Positions 26,176-38,052 of a stretch of 64,000 nt of DNA are shown one piece after another. The first letter of the stretch is position 1; each line of letters opens with the position of its first letter. A program made the translations under genes and the position numbers. The DNA comes from Squalus acanthias. Lineage: Eukaryota. The notes beneath the pieces were generated by a model. It had not been told where the DNA came from. It saw only the letters and a program-made list of their open reading frames with translations, and made no database searches. The stretch lies in NCBI GenBank assembly GCA_030390025.1, contig CM059432.1, forward strand, positions 86,430,001 to 86,494,000, given 5' to 3'.

Positions 26176-26670
26176 GTAGCCGTGGTCTTCGCACTTTTTT
26201 TTGTTGAAAATAGCACTACTGAAGGTGAGTCCTAAAAATAGCAGTGACTTGTTGCATTGTGATAAATCACTTGCCTTACTCATGATCTTTAAGTTTAAAG
26301 TCAGGTCCCAAATACACGTATATTAATGCTACAATAACATCACAATAGCTGCTGATGGTCCCACTACTAATACAATACTATTTGACAGAGATTTTAAACT
26401 TTGCGTTTTTATTTTAATTATTTTGCAAACTACTGCAATAATCAGTCCCCAAAAATGTATTTTCTAGATCCACACCTAGACTTCAATGGAAAGTAAAATT
26501 GAACACAACAGTTTCCCGCTGGGTGAGTTAGGTTAAAACTTTTAGGGAGAATAAAAGGCCATTATGGCCAAAAAAGCCCATCCCTTTTTAACACATCAAT
26601 CCCACCGACCCATCTTCTCACCATTTTCTTCAATCCCTTCTTTTTCTAGAAACTCATCCAACGGTGTCTT

Positions 26671-26990
26671 AGAATCATAGAATGATACAGCACAGAAGGA
26701 GGTCATTGGTAGAGCTATTCAATTAGTCCCACTCCCCTGCTCTTTCCCCACAGCACTGTAAATGTTTTCCCTTCAAGTATTTATCCAATTCTCTTTTGAA
26801 TATTACCGTTGGATCTGCTTCTACCACCCTTTCAGGCAGAGCATTCCAGATCACAACAACTCGCTGTGTAAAAAAATGTTTCCTCATGTTGCCTCTGGTT
26901 CTTTTGCCAATCACCTTAAATCTGTATCCTCTGGTTACCAACCCTTCTGCCACCGAAAACAGTTTCTCCTTATTTACTCAATTTACACCA
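26671..26990 (-). mobile_element. CR1 3' fragment
   Basis: TRGYRFKV...FFTQRVVVIWNALP...FKRELDKYL and a CATTCTAT tail. Confidence 0.9.
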
Positions 26991-27524
26991 TCTGATTGAA
27001 CAGTAAAATTCCACGACTTTTATTGCCGTTTGGGTGAAAAGGTTTTTTCTGACCTTCCTTTCTTACTCCTAACTTCTGAGGCCTTGAAATTACATAGTGG
27101 GATACTAGTGTACAAAGGCTTAATGCGTTTTTCTGAAATTCCTCTCTCCATTAGCGAAGTTGCTATCCCAAGAAGTTAACACCTCCCCTAAAATAGGGGA
27201 AAGTTAACTTCAAATGAATGCATTAAATACTGCTAGGCTGGTATCCCACCACTTTGGATCCTAATTTTTAATTTATTCCCCTGGCATTTGAACCCTTCAG
27301 CACAGCAAATAATTGGCTTGGATTAGTTTTGTTATTTCTCTTTGTTACCTTTAAAACCTCAATTAGATCATCTTAAAGTTTCTTTTCCAAAGAAAACAAG
27401 TCTACATAATTTTTTCAAACAGTACACAGCATTTCAGTTGAGGTCTGAGCAGTACCTTATGACTTTTTCGATTTGTACCCTATTTCTCTGCTAATGCAAC
27501 CTTATTTGTCTTTTTTAAAAGAAA

Positions 27525-27985
27525 AGGAAAATTTTGCATTTATATAGCACCCTTCAGAGCCACAGGAGGTTCCAAAGAGCTTCATGCCAATGAAGTATTT
27601 TTGAAGTGTAGTAATTACTGTAATGCAGGTAAATGCAGCAGCCCATTTGTGCAAAGCAAGGTCCCACAAACAGCAATGAGATAGATAACAAAATAATCTG
27701 TTTTTTGTGATATTTGTTAAAGGTTAAATGTTGGCAAGGACACCAAGAGATCTCCAGTGCTCTTCTTCGAATAGTGCCATGAGATCTTTTAAGTACGCCT
27801 CAGAGAGCAAACAGGACCTCAATTTAATGATTCATCCAAAAGAAGGCACCTCCAACAATGTAGCACTCCCTCAGTACTGCACTGAAGTGTCAAATTAGAT
27901 TACATGCTCAAGTCTCTGGAGTGGGGCTTGATTACATAATCTTTTGACACAGAGATGAGAGTGCTACCACCGAGCTAAGGCTCAA
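27525..27985 (-). mobile_element. SacSINE1-like SINE, full length, diverged
   Basis: Colinear with the reverse complement of 61432-61898 from tRNA head to tail. Confidence 0.9.
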
Positions 27986-28499
27986 ACCTTTCTTACTTTA
28001 CAAGTAGTCTTGACAGTTTCATAAATTATAATCCTTAGATCTTATGATTAATATATTGTATTACAGTTCCATTTGATACATATCAATCTACAAATTGCTG
28101 TTGAGGATTTTAGTGAAAGGACGCTAAAGAACTTTGTATAATATTCATTTTTCTGCTATTTTAAATGGGTTAACGTCTCCACTAAACTAATGGACAAAGA
28201 AAGTCAAATGAACACATTAGGCTTTTGTCAGCTAATATCACCAACAGTAATATCCGAGGGTCTACTCTCTTGGTTTCCTGCTTCCATAAAAATTATTTTA
28301 CGCTTATCCACATTGAGTTGCATCTGCCACCTACTTACTCAGTTACCTAAATCCTTTTCTAACCAGGTTGCATTGTTATTTATTATTTGTTCTGCCGCCT
28401 ACATTGGTATTATCTGCTTACTATATCATTATCCAAAACAAAAACAATCATTACAGAAGGGTTCCACTGTACTGTTAATGCACACCAATCTGCACTTAC

Positions 28500-28588
28500 A
28501 TTCCAATGGATCCATTTTCTACCTTGATTGCACTCTCCACTGGGTCGAGTCCTTGTTCAGACAGCTGTTTCAAGGCACTTAAAGCTGC
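28500..28588 (-). CDS. STAU2: Staufen homolog 2, penultimate exon (end of dsRBD5 region)
   Basis: TTTGGTTCCACAG|...|GTAAGT, 89 nt, phase 0 to phase 2, joining the terminal exon in frame. AALSALKQLSEQGLDPVESAIKVENGSIG versus recalled human AALSALKQFSEQGLDPIDGAMNIEKGSLE. Confidence 0.95.
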
Positions 28589-29149
28589 CTGTGGAACCAA
28601 AAACAAACCTGTGTAAGCCTCACTGCATGCATAATTTAAAAAAGTTTATATAATGCTGGTTATTATTCTTCCTCATTCAGTTCTCAAAAACTATAGATCA
28701 TGGGTCTAAATCTTATAATTAATGCTTATCCTGGAATACAGCATAAGTAATTGTACTAAATATATACTGTATATATATTAATTCTAATTAATGCTACAGT
28801 TTAGGATGTTAAGATTAATTGTAATTAGTATTAACGTTTAAGATGTTAGCCTTTAAAAGATCTATCTATTTCTTTTTATAGATTCAAGCCCTTATATATT
28901 GATGGAACAATATAGTTTCTAAAATTAAGCAAGAAAGCCAGCAAAGCTATTCAAATCACTGAGTGTGAGCAAGTATTGTTTCAGGAAAATATGTGCCTAA
29001 ATGGGGAGGAACAATAAATGTTTATAAAATGTATTGCAAATAATGTTTTAACTTTCTGTGTTCACTATACAGTGGTTTGTTTCACAATTAAAAGAAATGA
29101 ATATACATTATAAGTGTAATAGATCATGACAGAGGCTGTACAGCTAGCC

Positions 29150-29340
29150 ATTGCTGCTAACTATCCAGTGACTTCTACTGCAAAGAGCATGTATGTGGAC
29201 ATTGAATAAGGGCAGAATTGGACTTAATCCCACAGGGCCGAACAATAACTGTCTAGATTTATGAATGGAGAATGGCGACTTCAGTGAGGTAACAGAAAGC
29301 AGCCTGCACCTGTGGAACTGTACCCCAGCATGAACCAGAG
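29150..29340 (+). mobile_element. AmnSINE2-like SINE fragment
   Basis: CTATCCAGTGAC...GTGGAC...ACTGTCTAG...GAATGG...GTGGAACTGTACCCCAGCATGA. Confidence 0.65.
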
Positions 29341-30269
29341 TGAAAACAATTAAAAACACTGCTTTGTTGTAGGAAACAAGAACAGGACCAGCTGTGCATC
29401 ACTTTCATTATGACATTATGTAGAAATATTACAATGACTTTTCATGATGCGGTGATATATTTGGATGCAAATTTTATTGTGTTTAACAAAAGTTATTTTA
29501 GTTATTACAGCCTTAGCATCGCTGGAAGCAGCAGATGGCTGTGTGTTCTGCGCTGCTATGGGCCACGGAGGGAAGGGATTATAGATCAATCAGTTCCATT
29601 ATGCAAAATGCCAATTTTAAAACCTTTTCAATTTTTACGCTTTTTCAGAATCTTCAGCCGGTATAGCCAGTCAACATACTCTAAGAAAAGACAGACATAG
29701 CAATTTCTCTCCAGGTGAGGCGTGTGCTCCAGTGGTACTATAAGTGACCCTAACATCCGCTCTCAATACGTAAAATGACCCTGACCCTGGGAAATGGGCT
29801 GCAGTCAGGGGTGCAGGCAACGGTGAGCAGAAGTTCTGTCTCACCAAAGATCTACCACTGTCGTGGGGGACAACTGGAGGAAATCAGCCTTGAGCATCCT
29901 TATAGTTTGGGTAATTCTCTATTAAATCAGACGGTTCTGTCTAGCCTTCTTGATGAGTATGGCACAGGACTGCACCTCTAGTCATAACAAGTGGTCTACA
30001 CTTAATGTTCAGGTTAAATGGCTCTTCAATTAAAATTAAAAAAGCTTTTGAATCTAATTCGTCCATTGCAATGCTTTTCGTGTCTTCTTATGACAAAAAT
30101 ACCAATAACTATCTGTATATATTTTCCCCCTTTTGTTTTCTACATTTTCTTTTCCATTAAATTGTGTCCAAAAACCATACTTATAAACAATAACTCAAAA
30201 TAAGAGCCGCATACTTGCGAGTACATTGTGTTGTCTATGCTTATGATATATTATTTTCACTAATAAATC

Positions 30270-30522
30270 CAGTAGGGAATTCAGGAATAACTTCTTTACC
30301 CAGAGAGTGGTTAGAATATGGAACTTGCTACCACAGACAGTAGTTGAGGTGACGAGTAAAGATACATTTAAGGGGAAGCTAGATAAACATATGTGCAGGA
30401 AAGGAATACAAGTTTATATTGATGGGGTTAGATGAAGAAGGTGGGAAGAGGCTTGTGTGGAGCATAAACACTGGCATGGATCTGTTAAGCTGAATGGCCT
30501 GTTTCTGTGCTGTAAATACCAT
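30270..30522 (+). mobile_element. CR1 3' fragment whose tail is interrupted by element C
   Basis: TTCTTTACCCAGAGAGTGGTTAGAATATGGAAC...GAATGGCCTGTTTCTGTGCTGTAAA; the tail resumes TATGTAACTATGTAA at 34650. Confidence 0.85.
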
Positions 30523-30814
30523 GGCCAGAATCTTTACCTTGGAGTCGGGTCGGGTGCATGCGGGCCGCAAACCCGAAAATTTGAACAGCGTATTCTGCAC
30601 TGCGCGTTTAACTTAATGGCACCAATTGAAAGACTCATGCACATTTCCCAGCCCAAGTAAATGGAGCAGGTCTGATGATGTCACCGATGACTCATTTTCA
30701 GCGCGGATATTTAAAGCAGCCTTGCACACATCTCATTTGAAGGTTGATGTAGGAGTATAAAAGGTGGTTTCAAGAGCTCTAAATTACAGAATAAGACTGA
30801 CAAATCTGAAGGTC

Positions 30815-32647
30815 ATGGAGACAAGAAAGAGGGCAGCACCAGCATTCACAGATGCCTCCCTGGAAGTGCTGATGAAGGCAGTAAGAGCACGCAGGGAGGT
30901 CCTCTTCCCTGGGGAATGGACGAAAATGACCACCTAAAGTGACAAAAAGGGCATGATTAGAGATCGCAGAGGAGGTCAGTAGCAGGGATATCGTGAGGTG
31001 GATGCGGATCCAGTGCCGCAAGAGATTGAATGATCTCATGAGGTCAGGAAAGGTGAGTACAATGCCACACTCACCTACAGCCTGATGTGTGTGTCACCCC
31101 AACCCCATCACTCTGCCTTCCCAAGCCTACTCCTGCACATCACTCCTCACACCAACCTACCTTGCAGGTGCACCCATCCCTCTCTCTCTCTAAATACCTA
31201 CTCATATCCCCATCTGACTAACCACCACTGACACTCACCCTCATCCTAATGCAATCATAGCAAGTAACACCACAGAAAGAGGCCATTTGGCAATGTCATG
31301 TCACTCCCTCATAGTCACTCTCTACAGATGTAGCCCATCCATTTCTTACACTTATTCCATCACTCTCACTCAAACTTCTCTTCTTTCCCTCCTTGCAAAA
31401 TTCAGCGCACAACAGGAAGAGGCAGAGAATTGGAGGTGGCCCTCCAGTCTTCAGTAATTTGACACCAGCAGAGGAGCACGCCCTCGAAATCTCTGGAGTT
31501 GCAGAGCTGCTGGTGGTGGGAGACAGAGAGAGGGCGACCTCCCAGCAACCTGGTGACAGAATTACATCTCATCCAGCCACACGGCTACAACAGTCACTCA
31601 TATGGTGACTGATGTCAGCAGCCAGTGAAATGCATAAGGGTAAAGTTACCCATTCTTATAACACTTCTAATTCATCTCTTTACTCTCCCACAGGTCCATC
31701 AAGTGCCCCCACTACTGTCCAGCTGGAGGAGGAAGACGACTCCTCAGAGGAAGCGTCAGCCTCTGTGGGTGCACCGTCAGCAGACCAATGCGCAGCTAGC
31801 ACCAGCACAGATAAGCACACCTCGGTGGGTCCTGTGTGAGATAGGGTAGTGTTGTCACTTGGTTTCTCACACACCACAAGTGAGCAAGAACAGATGATGT
31901 TGACAGGGACAGCAGTGGAGACTCCTCGCCGGAGGGCGCAAGATGCTCCAAGCTCTGCTGAGCTGCCTGCAGATGTTGAGCCTCGGGGACTATTGAGAAA
32001 GAAGGTGATCTTGGAGGGGCAGCAACAACTGCATGAGGCTCTGGCAGCTTTTGCAGCCGCGATGTGTACAAATGTGCAGAGAATGGAGGAGTCCGTCTCC
32101 AACATGAGCACCACCATCTCGCAGGCGATGGTGATGATGTGCTGTTCCATGGAAAGGATGGCCACCTGCATGGAGCAGCAAATGCGCCAATCACATGAGC
32201 ACATACTTGCTGTGGACAACAGATGGCAGACGCTCATTGACCTCATCTCGAGGAGGGATATTAACGTAGACTTGGGCGTTCATCACCCCACTAATGTGCA
32301 GCAAAGTGCTCTCCAGCTCCTTGCGAGCAGGAAAGTGCAGGTGGCCCATGAGAGGGATGATGTTGCGAGGTGACATGGAAAAGTGGGGGCTCTTCTCAAA
32401 GTGCTCCCACTTCTCCCCACTGCCTCCCCCTCAGTCAGAGCCTCACATGCTGCCTTGGATCCTGATGGCCGAGTCTGCCCCTGCACAGTTGCAGGGGCCC
32501 TCACAGACTCCAAAACCCAGAGGACGTCCACCAAAAGTGTCTAACCAGTCGCAGCAGGGAAGTGAGCAGCCTGCCTCTACCTCTGCTGAAGCCACAGGGG
32601 TTGCACCTCGTAGAAGCACGCGGAAAAGAAAAAAGACACAATCCTAG
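30815..32647 (+). pseudogene. Harbinger Myb/SANT-like protein, 3 exons (30815-31052, ~31400-31551, 31694-32647), disrupted
   Basis: METRKRAAPAFTDASLEVLMKAVRARREVLFP...LEIAEEVSS...IQCRKRLNDLMRSGK|GTGAGT; acceptor CTCCCACAG; ends PKPRGRPPK...PRRSTRKRKKTQS*. Confidence 0.9.
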
Positions 32648-32947
32648 ATGCACAAAGGTATGCACGTGGCTGTATGAAAAAATGTTAATGTTAAGTTTCA
32701 GTTCTATTTATGATGCACATAAATTTATTTCTTTGCACAACTTTCCCAACTTGTCCATTTTTGCCAGCTACCTGAGAAGTGGCTTTGTCACTTGGAGTGA
32801 ACGGTGAGACATTACTTAACCACAAGCTATGGGGGTTTGGATGAGAGGAATAGCTTAGTCATTGTAGGACTGCTTTGTGGTGTTGTTGCGGGGTGCGGGG
32901 GGAAGTTCTTCCAGCATCTGGGAGCCATATGGGTGCACCAGAGCAAG

Positions 32948-34108
32948 TTAAGTAAATTTGGCCATTATGAGGCCATCCTGGGGCTCCCAGGCAGCAATGT
33001 GTGCCGCTGCTGGTGCCATCTCCACCTCAGGTTCATCCTTGTCTTCCACCTGTTCCTCCTCCTCCAAAGAGGCTGTGTGCTCTGTGCCTTGCTCCTCCTG
33101 CAGCTCCAATCCTCGCTGCTGTGCTAAGTTGTGCAGCCGCAGCATACAACGATGATTCTGGAGACCCTGGCTGGTGCGTACTGAAGGGCTCCTCCAGATC
33201 TGTCAAGGCATCTGAAGCGCATCTTCAGCATGCCGACTGCTTGCTCTATGACACATCTGGTGGACATGTGGCTGTCATTATAATGCTCCTCAGCCTCATT
33301 ACTTGGCCTCCTCAAGGGTGTCACCAGCCACGTCTTCAGTGGATAGCCTTGTCTCCAAGCAGCCAGCCGGTTGGAGGTGCGAAGAGCTGAGGGAGGGTGG
33401 ACTGGTGCAGCACGAAGGAGTTGTGACAGCTGCCAGGGAAGCATGGTGATCTTTTTATGGTTGCAGATGAGCTGCACATTGAGAGAGTGGAAGCCCTTGC
33501 GGTTCACAAACACTCCTGAGTGATGTGGGGGTGCCTTGATGGCCACATGTGTGCAGTCGATGACGCCCTGTACCTGTGGGTAGCCACCCAGAGCCCGCTC
33601 AGTAATACTGGCTTCATCAGTGGCAAAGTTGACATAAGTGGCTGACTTGTGAAACATGGCATCGGTCAGCTGGGTGATGCATCTGTGGGCGGCCGACTGC
33701 GAGATCCTGCAAATGTCTGCTGCAGATCCCTGTGACTTTGACAGCCACGGACAAGGTGTGTCCACCAGGTCCTCTGGGTAGCAGGTATTGTTCCAACATG
33801 CTACAAATGTCTCCCATGACCTGGCGCGATAGCCTGAGCCTCTTGAAGTACTGCTGTTCAGTCGTGTCCAGAAAGCTCATCCTCTGCCTGTATACCCTGT
33901 GTTGGGGGTATCGCCTCCGGCGTGGTGCAGCCCTGTGCTGACCCCCTCTCACCTGTGGAGTATCAGGTCATTGAGGAGAAGGCTGCTGTTGTTGTTGCTG
34001 CTGCTGGTGTTGTGGCTGCTGCTGCTGTTGTGGTTGCTGCTGCTGGTGCTGGGGCTCATCTTGGTCCGATTCTGAGGTCCAAGGTGAGACAGCATAAGCA
34101 GCACCCAT
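32948..34108 (-). pseudogene. Harbinger (HARBI1-like) transposase with Gln-rich N-terminus, disrupted
   Basis: [67 protein letters not shown], acidic C-terminus. Confidence 0.92.
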
Positions 34109-36484
34109 GCTGATGTAATAGATGGCAGGTAAAGTGGAGGCCCAATCCCTCAATGTTCTGATAGTGACTAGCAATGTGGTGAGAGTGGGTTCCAAGGTTG
34201 CAGAAATGACCTGCAAACTCCTGACAGCTAAATCACTACACAAAATGATGTCAGCAAGGGCCTTTCCCTTAGGCAAGGAAGCAAGTGCAAGGTGCGAGTA
34301 TTTGTGTGTTTTTTCCAGCTGTCACTTAATGGACTCGCACAATGGTCACTGAGTTTCTGCCTCCCCTTCACAGGCAAGGTTCCCGAGGTGCATGAATCCC
34401 GTGCTCAAGAACTTAAAGCCAAACCTGATGTTAAAAAGCCTCTTAAGGGTCTCTCAACTAGCATTTAAGTACTTCAGTGAGGTCGCCCGCCTCTCCCGAC
34501 TGGGTCCGTGGTGCGCTGGGAAACTCGCCCGAGTTAAATGCGGAAGTCGGCAGGATGACGGCAGGTTCCCGATGCACTGGCGATTTCTGGGATTTTTACT
34601 GCTGACCCACCCCCAAACCCGCACACTCGGCACTGGGAAAATTCCGGCCTATGTAACTATGTAAATAAGTCATAAACTGTTGAAAGGACTGCTCATAATA
34701 GACTACCCCTGAAAAATACTGTTCCTGTGGACAAAAATACTGAGGGTAATTTTACAAATTTGTGTTCCCAGAGCACACTGGGAGCGCATATTGGGATTTG
34801 GGTGTGTACCCAGTGGGCAAAGCTCTGTGCAGGAAGTGCTAACTCGTCAAGTTACATCTACTGTTACTCATTCCTGACGTCACTGTAATCCCTCCCATTC
34901 TCATTCTATCTTTGGTCTCCCAAGTCCTTCAACCAAGGCCAGTGCAAAGTTCAAGAACAGTAGGGTCAATTTTTCAAATGCCCGCTTGCTATCTCAAAGT
35001 GCACGTCAGGAAACTGTGGCATGGTTCCCATGATTTTCTATCCAGTCTGTCCTTCCCATCCACATGCCACTATATCCCCTTCTATCTTGGAGTTGTTTCA
35101 CTCATCTTTTGGCTTCCTAATGCTTTTCACAGCCTGACTGAGATGATCTTTGTGCATCAACCAGCATTTTTCACCTCTTTTCAGTCTTTTAAAATCTGTT
35201 TTCAGTCTATTAGCCCTTTGTCTGCTTCTTGGTGAAAGTCTTTACAGTACTCTTCACCTTTATTTATGTCTCTTCTTTGTCCTGGTTAGCCCAATGAAGT
35301 GGTTTTCTTGTTGCCATTATACCAGGTATTCACCTGAAATGTTGACAGACCTGCTGTGAATTTCCAGCATTTCTGTTATGATTGTAGAAAAGTTAGCAGA
35401 TGGGAGAGACAGAAATTCAGCCAGCAAATGTATGCGGCTTCATTAGATGTGGTATAAAGGAAAGCCAGCCTTTGCTTGTCAAATCAGTAACCACTACAAA
35501 AGTAGAATGAAGTGAAAGTGATGCACGATACATCTCTTTTGTGATTTAAAAAAAAACCAAAACCACAGAAAAAAATCCTTTTGTAAATAGAGCTCATCGC
35601 TTATTGGCAAAGTGTATTGTTAACAAACATTTCCATTGGAATTTACAATAGATACCACATAATGGTATTATACTCAATGTATTAAGCTCAAATGAACAGA
35701 GAAAGTTAGTGAGCAAGAGAATTTTAATAGATGTGGGTTCTTTTGAGGGGTTTTACAATACTGTCTTTTGTGAATGATTTCTTTGTAGATACATCAATAA
35801 AGTCATCAACTCCATTATACTTGTACTGTCACTACTTCTGCCAAACTTAAAAACAAAGGCTTCTTTTAAGACAGTGTAGGTTATGATATGGTGCTACAAT
35901 CGCCATCAATATTAATCCATGATGAATCAGCAGAAGATGCAATTTGAGTGGGATAGGTCAAGAATGTCATTTTTTTGCTTCCATCTAGATGCACATTCAA
36001 GAACCGACAAAAGTCACCTAACCATGGTATGCGTTTGAGTGACAAGCGACTCAAGGCCTTGAACTTAAAACCTCTCCTGTTGGGGATAAAGCACTGAACT
36101 ACTTCAGGCTGCCTAAAGCTAACTGTTTGAGATTTTGTAGTAAGCTGTCTATTGTAACCCTACAATAGAATTAAAAAGAATTTCAGTCTCTCAATGAAAG
36201 TAGATCATTCCACATATCACAGATTCATGGATTTGTCAGGCAAACCAAAGGATACACGTCCTCTTAACAGATTTTCATTGAATACCACACAGCTTCCTCT
36301 TCCAAAGTGCTTTGCACAACAATTCTCTCCAACTAAAGGAGGCAAGGCAATATAAATTTAAGCAATGAAACCAAAAAACAATTTCACATTTTTTTTTAAA
36401 CTATAAATGTTTTTAAAATCATTCTAACAAATATTAGAATTATGTCTAACAATAACACTCATATAACTCATCCTTTGTGTGTCC

Positions 36485-37183
36485 TTTCTGCTGGATCAGG
36501 GCATCTCGTGGCATGCCCCGTTAGTTAGACTTTTTCCCTCACCCTTCAGCTCAAACGTTTTTTGCCCTGTAAGTTGCTGGAAGTGCGAGCTGACCTTAGT
36601 GAACAACGAGACCAGCAGTGTACTCCTTCCAATGAGATTTAAGGATTGATAAAGAAAAAGAGGAACGACAGAGAAGGAGGGTGAATTAGAGTCAAATAAG
36701 GTACAGAAAGAGAAATAGAGAGGGAAAGAAAGATTGGATTAAGAGAGAAAAAAGAGACAGAAAAGAAAAGTTAAAAAAAAATTAAATTAAAAATTTTAAC
36801 ATCTTAACAACAATTTACTACCTGTAGGAATGAAACTCCAGTTTAAATTGTTCCCTTTCTGGCCTGGAAAGGTTGATTGGCATTGCAGGAATTCTCATTA
36901 AAAAGGTACTGACATTGTAACATTACCAGACCTAACTTTCTGCAGCGAGTTTAATTGGTAATTACCGTGCAAATACAGCAATTTCATGAAACTCACAGGA
37001 AGGTTGAAGGTGAGCTGTCGTTTTCGCAAAGCTCACGGCAGAGTGGCAAAAATCGTCCAGCAACTTGTGACAAGTCGTGATTCACGGGCTATCTCTTCCT
37101 CGCCACAAGTTGCTGGACAATTTACACATTAATAACAGCGAGCGCATTAAATTCGCCTTTATTTTGGCAGCAAATTCTAGACC
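36485..37183. mobile_element. Putative Harbinger-type MITE with AG-rich core
   Basis: Right end rc GGTCTAGAATTTGCTG resembles the family TIR; AAGTTGCTGG subterminal repeats; left end eroded. Confidence 0.45.
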
Positions 37184-37630
37184 ATGATTGTAGGATTCCA
37201 AACAGATTTTTGATTGGTCGTGCTTATTCATATGGTATCATCAGTCAGATAGTGAGCAGGGGCGAATCAGATCCAATGTCTTTTGCACAAGAAACAGAAA
37301 AGCAACTATTATCTTGTCACCAAAATTTCACTGAAAATTTAAGTAACTGGAAATAACTATAACTTTAAAAGTTGCAACTGAAAATTGAATTAAGTTAAAG
37401 TAAAATGTAAATGTTTAAAAAATGAAGTTTTAACTGAAAATTTAGCTAAATTAAAAGCCTGGTCCTGTTGAAACTCTGGACCGCTTCATAAGTCTTGGAC
37501 ATATGCAGCTCAAAAAAATGAAAAAGAAAGTGTCTGTGTGCAATGCCAGGGGAGATCAACTAGTCCATTCTTAAAATCTTCATTTGAACAGTGAATACTA
37601 CTCTCAAAAGTTGGCAATCTAGCTCCTCCA

Positions 37631-37895
37631 ATGGCTCTGTGGTTCAATACACTAGCTGCTATGGTACTGAACTATACAAACTAGGAAGATCCCAAGGTCA
37701 ATCCCTGATTTTCAGATCTTAGCCACAACTGCAGTAGGGAGCTAAAATTGGCCTTAGTACCCTGGGTTAGGAAGAGGAAAACTATCTACCAGGATTCTCA
37801 TTCCTGCTGGAGGTACATGTGCAGACAGGATGTGAACAGGATTAGGTCTAACTGTGATGGATCCACAAGATTAAATAGCTTGCTGACACTCAGGA
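37631..37895 (+). mobile_element. AmnSINE2-like SINE (5' two-thirds)
   Basis: GGTACTGAAC...AGGAAGATCCC...AATTGGCCTTAG..CCCTGGGTTAGG...AATAGCTTGCTGACACTCA. Confidence 0.65.
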
Positions 37896-38052
37896 TCTGT
37901 AATACAGTTTTGGGCCTAGTGCCAGAAAAACTATGCAAATGGTTATTTTCAGCCATTTCTTTGGGGTTTCTGCTGGCCTCCTGTTGGAGTTATGACGGGA
38001 GATTGGTGGTAACCCCACGGAATTTCAAGGCCTCACAGTCTATATTCACACA

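Larger units (their letters stand above)
30523..34649 (-). mobile_element. Harbinger element C: full-length (~4.1 kb) two-gene element, inverted relative to B
   Basis: TIRs GGCCAGAATCTTT / GAAAATTCCGGCC with CAT/TAT flanks; convergent transposase (-) and Myb-like (+) genes. Confidence 0.95.

Noticed and set aside
28740..28797. AT-rich imperfect palindrome upstream of the STAU2 acceptor
   Set aside because: Low-complexity AT sequence; the pairing is expected by chance.
29144..29359. 71-aa minus ORF near the STAU2 exon
   Set aside because: Overlaps an AmnSINE2-like fragment.
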